This document shows positions 1 through 12,653 of a stretch of 64,000 nucleotides of DNA, one piece after another. Under the pieces are notes generated by a model that had not been told where the DNA came from, ran no database searches, and was given only the letters and a program-made list of their open reading frames with translations. Source of the DNA: Eledone cirrhosa (Eukaryota). The DNA is taken from contig OZ024741.1 in assembly GCA_964016885.1 (NCBI GenBank), positions 369,892,001-369,956,000 on the forward strand, in the 5' to 3' direction. How positions within the stretch are numbered: position 1 is the first letter of the stretch; every line of letters starts with the position of its first letter. The position numbers and the translations under genes are program-made.

Positions 1-691
1 TTTTTCATAGTTACTTCCCTTTAAAGGATTTGTCTATTTATGGCTAAATTCGAGATTTTCTGTCCTGGAGAAACACTCTATGCCCTGGAAAAAACTGTAT
101 TTTCTAAAAACAGAAATACCCATCTTTGTTTATATAACAGGGTAAATGCGTTGGGGCGCAAAACCCAACAAAACTTAAGTACCTGTATACATCACTGTTG
201 TCAGTAATTATACTTAACTCGTCCTATGGATTGAGTGTTCTTACCCTTGGGTTGTACTACAGTATACATATACATATATAATATATATATAAACACACAC
301 ATATATATTGATATATATATAAACGTTTGGAGTTAGAAGGCCAAAACAATGCAGGTGTGGATATAGAATATAAATACAAATGCAAAAGATATTGCTGACA
401 ATTAGTCTTTTACCTTAAATTTATTTGAATATCCTTAATTTTCGAGATAATATCTCTTCTTCGGAGGGAAGTAAAGGGGTTAATCCAGTGTTCTAATTAG
501 CTTGCTAAGTCATGCTGACAGGAAATAGTATAAAAATTCCATTCTATTTCTATGTCAAAGAGTGAAGGTTAGGTGGATAAAGGGTTGTCTCCCTTTAAAA
601 GGATTTGGATATGTATGTCTAAGTGTGTGTGGGAGAATAAAGCGATGAAATGCCTATGATGGTTGGAAGATCACTGATGAAGGACAAACTT

Positions 692-769
<78 letters not shown>

Positions 770-847
770 GTATACTATATATATATAAATATGTATACTA
801 ATAGATACATACATATATACACATACGCGCACTCGCCCCCCCCCACC

Positions 848-926
<79 letters not shown>

Positions 927-947
927 CATATATATGTAAACATACAA

Positions 948-1016
948 CTATCTGAAGAGAACATGTCAGCAGGTTATCATACTACCACTCTCACATCTAC
1001 GAAATACATATAACAG
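948..1016 (+). ncRNA. decayed type I hammerhead ribozyme motif
   Basis: ctat-CTGAAGA-gaacatgt...acatctac-GAAA-tacata-TA-acag; core intact, stems I and II carry mismatches. Confidence 0.45.
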
Positions 1017-1276
1017 AACTATGTAATAAACAGATTTACACATAAAACTGCCTCTCTTACTCATAATATATATATATTTCCTCTGTTTTCCTCTGTCCAG
1101 ATAACTTATTTTAGTTATCGCTCGCACAGATTTTAGGTATCTAGTCTTTAATGCGAAGAAATACCAACGATAATCAGCAGACTACTGATGACGTCTATTT
1201 TTATTCATATGTTCATATTCGCAACAACGCAGCACGGCATTTTACATATATATATATATTGTTATACTCAGAAACG

Positions 1277-1386
<110 letters not shown>

Positions 1387-1688
1387 GCGTGTGCGTTTGT
1401 GTATGTATGTATATATATATGTGTAGTTATATATATATATGTAGTTATACATATATATGTATGTATGTATATATGTGTATGTATATGTATGTATATGTGT
1501 ATATATATATATTTGCTGAATTCTTTATTGTAGAGTTTTTTCGGAATGTTTTTGACTGTTATTTCATGTAAACAAACATTCGTCTCATTCTGACGTCACC
1601 AGCCCTGTCTCCACATGTGCGTTTTATTTTCATAATTACGCATATAATTGGCATATTATAATCAGTGAGATTTTGGTTATCGTGTCGA

Positions 1689-1763
1689 GCTCTGCTGATG
1701 ATCCAACCGTGACCACCCCCACTGAAAGTTTCGTGAAATAGTCTTTTCAAGACTATACAGAGC
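1689..1763 (+). ncRNA. type I hammerhead ribozyme with stable stem III
   Basis: GCTCTG-CTGATGA-(33 nt, weak stem II)-GAAA-TAGTC ttttcaa GACTA-TA-CAGAGC; perfect 6-bp stem I, AUA cleavage triplet; 3' half recurs at ~52045-52155. Confidence 0.75.
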
Positions 1764-2059
1764 ATTTGTAGTTTTTCCAAATTGAAGGATGAGTATTTTA
1801 AACTTTATTTTATCATGAGCTAAGGCTCTATTTCCCTGGATTTCACTAAATTATGTGTGATGAATCTATATCCTGATTCTTTTTGAATTGAGTTTGAATT
1901 ATTTTTCCCGCATCTTACATTAACTATTTTCCCATTTTGACGTTATAGTCACTTATATATTATGAAATACTGTGTGCTTCTTGCTCATAATAATTTCTAT
2001 ACTTTTCATTTATATATATATATATATATATGGTATACATATATATATATATATATGGT

Positions 2060-2146
<87 letters not shown>

Positions 2147-2379
2147 TTAGAAACACACAGGTACATGCGGCCACACACATATATACATGAATGCATCCGC
2201 ACCCAACTGTGAGTTAAGGGTGCCAACTTCACCGATGTTGCTCAATGAATAACCGGGACAGACCAATTCAGTTGAACCAGACTGAACCAGTATCAGAGTT
2301 AAAAATACATTATGAAGAGAGAAGAAACATTTAGATATAATTAGTAATAAAATGTATCATACCTAAACTGCTCCTAAAT

Positions 2380-2469
2380 TCCTCGACTACGTAGTTTCGT
2401 GGCATAAACAAAAACAATATATCATAAAGATATAGAGTCCCTGCGAGGTCTGCCGACTTATCAAGAGGA
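2380..2469 (-). ncRNA. hammerhead ribozyme, U3:A8 core variant (unit 1)
   Basis: minus strand TCCTC-TTGATAA-GTcGGCA..(46 nt)..TGCCAC-GAAA-CTACGTAG-TC-GAGGA; predicted GUC cleavage between 2385 and 2384. Confidence 0.8.
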
Positions 2470-2974
2470 TACCTCATTTTACTAGTCTCAAGAACGCGTC
2501 TACACGACGTGAGAAAGAATCCCAAAAGGCGGAGGGGGAGATAGTCACGCGATATAACGGTCGAGAAACAGAGCTAAGCCTCTTATAACCACGAAGAAAA
2601 TACCACAGAGGCGGAGGGGGTATTCATATCGAGGCCGCAGAAGAGGTGGTGAAGAAGGCTAGAAGTATGAGTAATGGAAGCTTTCCAGTTGTCCCCACAC
2701 CTCAAAGATTGCTCGACCAGAGGGAGTTATTAACAATATATTTAGAAACACACAGGTACATGCGGACACACACATATATACATGAATGCATCCGCACCCA
2801 ACTGTGAGTTAAGGGTGCCAACTTCACCGATGTTGCTCAATGAATAACCGGGACAGACCAATTCAGTTGAACCAGACTGAACCAGTATCAGAGTTAAAAA
2901 TACATTAAGAAGAGAGAAGAAACATTTAGATATAATTAGTAATAAAATGTATCATACCTAAACTGCTCCTAAAT

Positions 2975-3064
2975 TCCTCGACTACGTAGTTTCGTGGCAT
3001 AAATAAAAACAATATATCATAAAGAAATAGAGTCCCTGCGAGGTCTGCCGACTTATCAAGAGCA
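2975..3064 (-). ncRNA. hammerhead ribozyme, U3:A8 variant (unit 2, one stem I mismatch)
   Basis: as unit 1, but the 5' strand of stem I reads TGCTC. Confidence 0.75.
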
Positions 3065-3569
3065 TACCTCATTTTACTAGTCTCAAGAACGCGTCTACAC
3101 GACGTGAGAAAGAATCCCAAAAGGCGGAGGGGGAGATAGTCACGCGATATAACGGTCGAGAAACAGAGCTAAGCCTCTTATAACCACGAAGAAAATACCA
3201 CAGAGGCGGAGGGGGTATTCATATCGAGGCCGCAGAAGAGGTGGTGAAGAAGGCTAGAAGTATGAGTAATGGAAGCTTTCCAGTTGTCCCCACACCTCAA
3301 AGATTGCTCGACCAGAGGGAGTTATTAACAATATATTTAGAAACACACAGGTACATGCGGACACACACATATATACATGAATGCATCCGCACCCAACTGT
3401 GAGTTAAGGGTGCCAACTTCACCGATGTTGCTCAATGAATAACCGGGACAGACCAATTCAGTTGAACCAGACTGAACCAGTATCAGAGTTAAAAATACAT
3501 TATGAAGAGAGAAGAAACATTTAGATATAATTAGTAATAAAATGTATCATACCTAAACTGCTCCTAAAT

Positions 3570-3659
3570 TCCTCGACTACGTAGTTTCGTGGCATAAACA
3601 AAAGCAATATATCATAAAGATATAGAGTCCCTGCGAGGTCTGCCGACTTATCAAGAGGA
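3570..3659 (-). ncRNA. hammerhead ribozyme, U3:A8 variant (unit 3)
   Basis: core and stems identical to unit 1. Confidence 0.8.
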
Positions 3660-4151
3660 CACCTCATTTTACTAGTCTCAAGAACGCGTCTACACGGCGT
3701 GAGAAAGAATCCCAAAAGGCGGAGGGGGAGATAGTCACGCGATATAACGGTCGAGAAACAGAGCTAAGCCTCTTATAACCACGAAGAAAATACCACAGAG
3801 GCGGAGGGGGTATTCATATCGAGGCCGCAGAAGAGGTGGTGAAGAAGGCTAGAAGTATGAGTAATGGAAGCTTTCCAGTTGTCCCCACACCTCAAAGATT
3901 GCTCGACCAGAGGGAGTTATTAACAATATATTTAGAAACACACAGGTACATGCGGACACACACATATATACATGAATGCATCCGCACCCAACTGTGAGTT
4001 AAGGGTGCCAACTTCACCGATGTTGCTCAATGAATAACCGGGACAGACCAATTCAGTTGAACCAGACTGAACCAGTATCAGAGTTAAAAATACAAATATT
4101 ATATCTAAATGTTTCTTCTCTCTTCATAATGTATTTTTAACTCTGATACTG

Positions 4152-4294
4152 AACCTTTAATATTCTACCATACTATTTCATTCTAATACCATTATACATT
4201 TTAAAGGATTGTAAATAAAACGAGTAAATCAGACAAAGCTGGAATTCCTTTTATTAATATAATCTTCTATACACAATCATACACACCCGTGTAT
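4152..4294 (+). mobile_element. 3' tail of PLE-like family A
   Basis: near-identical to 12388-12530 and to the reverse complement of 63657-63795; ends catacacacccgtg then TA-rich sequence. Confidence 0.8.
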
Positions 4295-4371
4295 ATTTTA
4301 TCTATCTATATATATATATACAAATATATGCATATATAGATACATATATATATACATACATATGTAGAAGT

Positions 4372-4715
4372 TATATTTAATTTGTTGGGATACAACAAGC
4401 AAATATTTGTATAACTGATATAAAGCACTCAACAAATTTTTGGAGTAAAAATACAATCAATATATTAACAAATGGAAACTATATTTATAAAACCATATTT
4501 CATTATACATATTTCCTAGGACACCAAACCAATCCAGGAGCTTCCAACCGACATGGTCGCATTCTTTAAGGGTATGTCAATATTTTTTTATAAAACTGAT
4601 CTGTATTATATATTATCTGATGAAAGCGCACCATAATTTGCTTTGGTGTCCTTGAAATATGTATAATGAAATAAATATGGTTTTATAAATATAGTTTCCA
4701 TTTGTTAATATATTG
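4372..4715 (+). mobile_element. PLE-like family C fold-back fragment with hammerhead
   Basis: inverted arms ~4458-4528 and ~4642-4715; related copies at 33655-33832 and 39884-40104. Confidence 0.7.
4613..4669 (+). ncRNA. type I hammerhead ribozyme
   Basis: TTAT-CTGATGA-AAGcGCACCA..TGGTGTcCTT-GAAA-TATGTA-TA-ATGA. Confidence 0.7.
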
Positions 4716-4719
4716 TATA

Positions 4720-4805
4720 CATACATATATATATATAGACATATATATATATATATATAAGTATGCATATATATGTATCTATATATGTATATGTATATTT
4801 ATATA

Positions 4806-4849
<44 letters not shown>

Positions 4850-5683
4850 ATGTACATACATATATATATATCTATATCTATATACACATATATACATATA
4901 CATATACATACACATACACATATATGCATGCATACATATATATGTATAACTACATATATATATACACACACTTACATATATATACATATGTATACATATA
5001 TATCTACTTATATATATATATACACATACATACATATACATACATACATACATATATACATACACACATACACACATACATACAAACATATACGTACATA
5101 CATACATACATACGATATATTCAGTACCAGTGTGTACACAGACAGTTCAAGTTCATTACTTTAACAATTTACGACATTTTAAATAACCAATTTATCAATC
5201 AAACATATTCGGTAAGAGAGCGTGTGTACCTGTATGTATCTCGCTATGTCAGTGTATGAATGTGTATGTGTATATGTGTATGTATGTGTGTATATGTGTG
5301 TGTACATGTATGTATGTGTACGCGTGTGTATGTGTGTGTGTACGTGTGCGTGTCTATATGTCTGTCTGTATGTGTGTATATATGTATGTGTACGTGTGTG
5401 TATGTGTACGCGTGTTTATGCGTGTGTGTACGTGTGCGTGTCTATATGTGTGTGTACGTGTGTGTAATGGTACGCGTGTGTATGTGTTTCGTGTGTATGA
5501 GTGTCTGTATGTCTGTGTCTGCGTGTGTGTATGTGTGTGTGTGCGTATGTGTATGTGTGCGTGTGTGTGTGTACGTGTGTATATGTGTATGTGTACGTGT
5601 GTGTGTGTGTGTACGTGTGTGTATTTGTGTGTGTACGTGTGAGTGTGCGTGTACATGTGCGTGTCTGTATGTCTGTGTGTGCA

Positions 5684-5716
<33 letters not shown>

Positions 5717-6529
5717 ACGTCTGTATGTGTGTACTTTAGTGTGTGCAATTGTGTATGTGTATATGCATGTGTATGTGTATGTGTATGTGTGTGTGGATGT
5801 GTATATATATGTGTGTGTGTCTATGTCTGTATGTGTGTGTATGTATGTATGTGTCTGCGTATGTTTATACGTATGTGTATGTATATGGATACGTCTGTGT
5901 TTGTGTATGTGTGTGTATGTGTATGTTTGTGTATGTGTGCATGTGTACATCTGTATGTGTGTGTGTGTTATATATTGTTGTTATTGCCATTAGTTTTATT
6001 TCGGATGTGATTAAATATCTCTTCCTTCCTTCCTGTCTGTATAAACACACACATACACACACATATACACACACATATATACACACATACACACATAGAC
6101 ACACATACACACACACATACATACACACATACACACATACACACACATACACACACAGATACACACACATAGATACACACATACACACACATACATACAC
6201 ACATACACACATAGACACACATACACACACAGATACACACACATACATACACACATACACACACATAGACACACATACACACACATATACACACACATAC
6301 ATACACACATACACACACATATACACATACACACACATATACACACACATACATACACACATACACACACATATACACACACATACATACACACATACAC
6401 ACACATATACACACATACATACACACATACACACGCATAGACACACATACACACACATACATACACACATAGATACACACACATACACACATACACACAC
6501 ACATACACACACATATATATACATATGTA

Positions 6530-6560
<31 letters not shown>

Positions 6561-6602
6561 GTAAGTGTGTATATATATATATATATATGTATGTGTATAT
6601 AC

Positions 6603-6634
<32 letters not shown>

Positions 6635-6647
6635 GCCTGTGTATATG

Positions 6648-6733
<86 letters not shown>

Positions 6734-6752
6734 GCCTGTGTATATGTATATA

Positions 6753-6818
<66 letters not shown>

Positions 6819-6856
6819 TGTGTGTATATATATATATATATGTGCCTGTGTATATG

Positions 6857-6951
<95 letters not shown>

Positions 6952-7051
6952 ATATATGCCTGTGTATATGTATATATATATATATATATATGTAAGTGTG
7001 TGTATATATATATGCCTGTGTATATGTATATATATATATATATATATGTAA

Positions 7052-7100
<49 letters not shown>
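4720..7100. repeat. compound (TA)n/(CA)n/(TG)n microsatellite field
   Basis: directly visible dinucleotide repeats. Confidence 0.95.
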
Positions 7101-7101
<1 letters not shown>

Positions 7102-7167
7102 CCTTTCTTTATAGGATCTGACAAAATCGATTCAATTCACTGTTAATTCAGTAAAAGTGTTTCTTTA

Positions 7168-9215
7168 ATGTTGTTGTTGTTGTGTTATGTGGCAGTGGTG
7201 GCGGTGGTAGTTGTGGTGGTGGTGGTGGTGGTGGTGATTCTGCTGGCGTTGGTTGTAATTGTGTCGGCGGTGGTGTTGGTGGACGTGTTGATGGTAGTGT
7301 TGAGGGTTATTGTGTTGGCGGTGGTGCTGGTTGTGGTGTTGGTGTGGTGCTGGTGTGGTGTTGGTGGTTATTATGTTTGCGGTGGTGTTGGTGGTTATTG
7401 TGTTGGCGGTGGTGTTGGTGGTTATCGTGTCGGCGGTAGTGCTGGTTGTGGTGTTGGTGTGGTGTTGGTGGTTATTGTGTTGGCGGTGGCGCTGGTTGTG
7501 GTGTTGGTGTGGTGTTGGTGGTTATTGTGTTGGCGGTGGTGCTGGTTGTGGTGTTGGTGTGGTGTTGGTGGTTATTGTGTTGGCGGTGGTGTTGGTGTGG
7601 TGTTGGTGTGGTGTTGGTGGTTATTGTGTTGGCGGTGGTGTTGGTGGTTGTGGTGTTGGTGTGGTGTTGGTGGTTATCGTGTCGGCGCTAGTGCTGGTTG
7701 TGGTGTTGTTGTGGTGTTGGTGGTTATTGTGTTGGCGGTGGTGCTGGTTGTGGTGTTGGTGTGGTGTTGGTGGTTATTGTGTTGGCGGTGGTGCTGGTTG
7801 TGGTGTTGGTGTGGTGTTGGTGGTTATTGTGTTGGCGGTGGTGCTGGTTGTGGTGTTGGTGTGGTGTTGGTGGTTATTGTGTTGGCGGTGGTGCTGGTTG
7901 TGGTGTTGGTGTGGTGTTGGTGGTTATTGTGTTGGCGGTGGTGCTGGTTGTGGTGTTGGTGTGGTGTTGGTGGTTATTGTGTTGGCGGTGGCGCTGGTTG
8001 TGGTGTTGGTGTGGTGTTGGTGGTTATTGTGTTGGCGGTGGTGCTGGTTGTGGTGTTGGTGTGGTGTTGGTGGTTATTGTGTTGGCGGTGGTGTTGGTGT
8101 GGTGTTGGTGTGGTGTTGGTGGTTATTATGTTGGCGGTGGTGTTGGTGGTTGTGGTGTTGGTGTGGTGTTGGTGGTTATCGTGTCGGCGCTAGTGCAGGT
8201 TGTGGTGTTGTTGTGGTGTTGGTGGTTATTGTGTTGGCGGTGGTGCTGGTTGTGGTGTTGGTGTGGTGTTGGTGGTTATTGTGTTGGCGGTGGTGCTGGT
8301 TGTGGTGTTGGTGTGGTGTTGGTGGTTATTGTGTTGGCGGTGGTGCTGGTTGTGGTGTTGGTGTGGTGTTGGTGGTTATTGTGTTGGCGGTGGTGCTGGT
8401 TGTGGTGTTGGTGTGGTGTTGGTGGTTATTGTGTTGGCGGTGGTGCTGGTTATTGTGTTGGCGGTGGTGCTGGTTGTGGTGTTGGTGTGGTGTTGGTGGT
8501 TATTGTGTTGGCGGTTATCTTGTCAGTGGTATTGCTGGTTGTGGTGTTGGCGGCGGTGTTGGAGGTTATCATGTCGGCGATATTGCTGGTGTTGGTGATG
8601 GTGTTGGTAGTGACATTGGTGGTGACGTTATTGCCTGTGGTGTTGGCGCTAGTGCTGGTGGTGTTTGTTTTGACGCTGGTGTTCTTTGTAGCTGATAGTG
8701 ACTGTGTCAGCGGCAATAGTGTTGGTGGTGGTGTTGTTAGCTGTGGTGGGGGTGTCGGCGGCGACAATAGTGTTGGTGGTGTTGGTGGTATTGATGGTAT
8801 TGATGGTATTGGTGGTATTGGTGGTATAGTGTTGGCGGTGGTGTTGTTAGCTGTGGTGGGGTGTCGGCGGAGACAATAGCGTTGGTGGTGTTGGTGATTG
8901 TCTGTGGTGGAGTTGATTTTGGAGTTGGCGCTGTTATAGTTGGTGGTGATGATTGTGATTATTTCGGTGGTGGTGTCGGTGCTGACATGTCGGCACTGAT
9001 ATAGTTGGTGGTGATTGTGGTGTTGATTGTGGTAGTTGAAGGAAATTGTGTTGGTGTCGGTGTTGGTTTTGGTGTTGGTGTCGGTGTTGGTGTTGGTGTT
9101 GGTGTTGGCTGCTGTGTTGGTGTTGGTATTGGTGTTGGTGTTGGTGTTGGTGTTGGTGTTGGCTGCTGTGTTGGTGTTGGTGTTGGTGTTGGTGTTGGTG
9201 TTGGCTGCTGTGTTG
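7168..9215. repeat. GGT/GTT-rich low-complexity region with 50-bp minisatellite
   Basis: tggttattgt recurs at 7721, 7771, 7821, 7871, 7921 (period 50); variant blocks recur about 502 bp apart. Confidence 0.9.
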
Positions 9216-9758
9216 GTTATGGAAGTTGATGGGAATTGTGTTGATGGCAACGTTGGTACGCCAGTCGAAGAAGATGCAGAAAAAATGAAAGCGAAACAAT
9301 CAGTTCTCTTAATTAGCAAAGTAATATTAGTTGGTATTTAACAGTCCCACTTTATCAAATTGATCGAAATAGTTGACTTTCTCTCATGCACAGCACAGTT
9401 ATTGGACTGATTGAGTGCTGCTACTTACAGCCATTCACGTTGAAATAGCAATGACAGGGGTGAGGGGAGTTGAGAGGGGAGGAGAAAGTGTGTAGTTGGA
9501 TGGAGGAGGAGGAGGAGGAGGAGGAGATGTTCACTATGTCGAGCGAGAGAATGCAGGCGGAGGAGGTGCAGGAAGAAATATGTAAGGAAGTCTATCATCG
9601 TACATATACATACATATATATATATGTGTGTGTGTGTGTCGGAGCGGCTTTGCATGTGTGTGTGTAAAATCTACGGTGCTGAGACCAGGGAGACCACAAG
9701 TCATGGGAGTACTCTTTGCATGGGAAGAAGCAGAGTTGGTATAGAGGGGAAAGAACTC

Positions 9759-9846
9759 GATGCCTAGCGGATTCCGCTTGTATTCGGCATTTTGAAGGAA
9801 ATACACCCTTGAAAATGCCGAATACAAGCTGAAACCTCTAGGCGTC
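9759..9846. repeat. ~40-bp-arm fold-back with hammerhead-like TTGAAAA...GAAAC motif
   Basis: gcttgtattcggcatttt / aaaatgccgaatacaagc arms; stem I not convincing. Confidence 0.5.
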
Positions 9847-10039
9847 ACGGTCAGCTTTTAAGCCCCCCCCCCCCCACTCCTCTCTCTTTCTCCCTCTCTC
9901 TCTCTGTATATATATATATATATTGTATACGTGTGTGTATACCACCTCCTTACATGTATATGTGTGTGTATACTACATATATATGTGTATTATGCCACTG
10001 TGTATATATATATATATATATATATAAACACACACGCAC

Positions 10040-10122
<83 letters not shown>

Positions 10123-10213
10123 GTAAAAAATTGAACGGGAACAAAACAGAGAGGCAGTACGAACAAAGGTTTATTAGTTTCACGCTCTTGAGAGTGGAGT
10201 GGTGGTGGTGGGG

Positions 10214-10247
10214 AACGACGTTTCGGGCATAAGCCCTTCTTCAGGTG
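10214..10247 (-). ncRNA. minimal PLE-type hammerhead motif
   Basis: minus strand cac-CTGAAGA-A-GGGC ttat GCCC-GAAA-CG-TC-gtt; stem I only 2 bp. Confidence 0.65.
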
Positions 10248-10484
10248 AAAAGTGTGTGGGAAGAGAGTTCCAAGGGTGTGTAGGGGAGTGGTGGAGAGAC
10301 ATATAGAAAAAAGGGGGTGAGAAGAAACGGTACAAATGAAATTAAATATAAAAGCATGATAAAAATAAAAATAAAAATACACATGAAGTAAAACAGGTGG
10401 TGGAAGGGTGTAGGGCGTGTAGGGGTGGTGGCGGGTGGAGTGGGGAGAGGGAGACGGGGTGTCCGAGCGGGGAGGGCTGAAGGT

Positions 10485-10526
<42 letters not shown>

Positions 10527-10551
10527 AAAGTAAGAGTTGGAGGAAGAACGG

Positions 10552-10622
<71 letters not shown>

Positions 10623-11212
10623 ATTTGTGTGTATACAACATATATATGCATAGCAGCAAAATATATATAAACCTTGAAACTGCCTATAAAATGGCGCTCA
10701 TACAAAAAATACCCCGTGGTATTTATTCCACCGTGTTGCACAGATGTTTTGATGTACAATTTATATAAACATTAGGTTACGGATAAAGCTGCGTGCAGGA
10801 TATGGATAAAGGAAGGTTTGAACTTACAACCTCCTGAACTACAGAATGCAAAGAGTTTGGGAGTCAGGGACTAGTTCAGGTTACATTTTGTTGCTCGACT
10901 TGCTGAAGATTGCAAGCTGTTAATGTACCAGTCGCTCTCTAAAAGGTTTATATGATAGAATCCAAAGCTGCGGAAGGATCTGGGTCCCTGAACCACCTCC
11001 CTGCTAATTGTGATCAGGATAGAGAAGGCCATCTGCAAAAAACAAAAGAAAAGGAGCCTAATGAATTAGACTGGCTCTTTCAACAGCACATCTGGAGTAA
11101 CAAACACATTCACAATTCTGTCCTCCGGTACAGTAAAGAAACATCCATCTGATGTTTTACAGAGTACATTAGATGGTAGTACTGGGGTGGCTTTTTTAGC
11201 ACATCTGCTTCG

Positions 11213-12030
11213 CTATCTTTCAGATAAAATGCTTAAATAGTCTTGAATATTAATTCTGCCATGAAGGGAAACCATTGGGCCGGCGGATTTCCAAGATATA
11301 GCACCCCAGATCATCACAGATCCTCCTCCATGTTTAACAGTTGGAAGAAGGCAGTCTGGGTCAAATGCTTCTTTTGGCTGTCTCCACACGTATACTCGGC
11401 CGGTGGTGGAAAATAAGGTAAAGGATGACTCGTCCGAGAAAATAACATTCTTCCACTGCTCTAGGGACCAGTTCTGTAGGTTTTTACTCCACTCTAAACG
11501 CTTTGCAACGTTTGTTTTTGAAAGTAGTGGTTTTCTGATTGAAGCCCTCCCGTGAAATCCGGCGAACAGTTTTTGTGGAAACTGGGTTCTTGAGGTGGTC
11601 ATTAAGCTCTGCAGTAATTTTGGGAGCTGTACTTTTGTGATCCTTTCTAACAATTCGCGTAAGAGTCCGACGGTCCCTATCTGAAAGTTTTGGCTTTCTT
11701 CCGGAGTTTTGTTTCTCAAAGGCTGTCATTACTTTCGAGACAGTATTTCTTGATACACCAAACATTTCGGCTGTTTTCGTTACGCTAGCGCCTGCCATAC
11801 GAGCACCAACAATTTGACCTCTCTGAAAGTCTGATAGATCTGTCATTTTAATGAATTTTAATTACCTTTTTCTGATGATATCTGAAAAGAAACAGCAATT
11901 TTAACAAAACATATTAAGCAACACTAATAATAAATCAAAAAACATAAAAATGAACAAGCTTTTCACGGGTTTATAGATATTTCAAAATTATGATGCTATG
12001 ATGCTAGGTGTTTCCATTATTTTGTCCAAC

Positions 12031-12034
<4 letters not shown>
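11213..12034 (-). mobile_element. Tc1-family DNA transposon, frameshifted and 3'-truncated transposase
   Basis: HTH N-terminus (MTDLSDFQRGQIVGARMAGASV, SGRKPKLSDRDRR), then WKNVIFSDES...TVKHGGGSVMIWG in another frame; TIR-like AGGGGTTGGACAAAATAATGGAAACACC next to TA at 12034. Confidence 0.92.
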
Positions 12035-12093
<59 letters not shown>

Positions 12094-12101
<8 letters not shown>

Positions 12102-12528
12102 TAAGAGGAATTCCAACTTTGTCTGATTTACTCGTTTTATTTACAATCCTTTAAAATTTATAATGGTATTATAATGAAATAGTATGATAGAATATTAAAT
12201 GTTAAGTGTTAATTGAACAAGTACTTTCATGCTTTCGCAATCTTCAGGTTCATATTCTGTGGTGACAGTCAAGTTTGCAATTTTCAACTGTGGATTTCCA
12301 CAGTTGAAAATTGCAAACTTGACTGTCACCACACATTATGAACCTGAATATTGCGAAAGCATGAAAGTACTTGTTCTATTAACACTTAACCTTTAATATT
12401 CTATCATACTATTTCATTATAATACCATTATAAATTTTAAAGGATTGTAAATAAAACGAGTAAATCAGACAAAGTTGGAATTCCTCTTATTAATATAATC
12501 TTCTATACACAATCATACACACCCGTGT
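12094..12528. mobile_element. PLE-like family A fold-back (201-bp arms, 2-nt spacer, ~30-nt tail)
   Basis: 12094-12294 is the reverse complement of 12297-12497 with a few mismatches; flanked by (TA)n and (TCTA)n. Confidence 0.9.
12214..12252 (-). ncRNA. minimal type I hammerhead ribozyme
   Basis: TGAAC-CTGAAGA-T-TGC gaaa GCA-T-GAAA-GTAC-TT-GTTCA; the mirror copy at 12339-12377 has CTGAATA (G8 lost). Confidence 0.8.
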
Positions 12529-12556
12529 ATATCTATCTATCTATCTATCTATCTAA

Positions 12557-12653
<97 letters not shown>

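Larger units (their letters stand above)
2141..4094 (-). mobile_element. 595-bp tandem array (3.3 units), one hammerhead per full unit; candidate retrozyme or non-autonomous PLE
   Basis: units start at 2141, 2736, 3331, 3926 and differ by a few substitutions; left end abuts (TA)n; right end followed by a 54-bp inverted piece of the unit (4098-4151). Confidence 0.85.

Noticed and set aside
655-700. CTGATGA in a small repeat also present at 28860-28900
   Set aside because: Truncated by (TA)n; no matching GAAA or stems
2331-2525. 64-aa ORF repeated in each 595-bp unit
   Set aside because: Non-ATG start, no recognisable motif, overlaps the ribozyme; repetition only reflects the tandem array
7168-9341. 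Gly/Val/Cys-rich structural protein ORFs
   Set aside because: The 50-bp period is not a multiple of three and all frames are open
10770-11212. Possible highly decayed RT fragment or 66-aa ORF
   Set aside because: Only faint motifs (FNSTSGV); not enough to call
12094-12497. Fold-back palindromes as sequencing or assembly chimeras
   Set aside because: Arms carry independent substitutions and the architecture recurs across families
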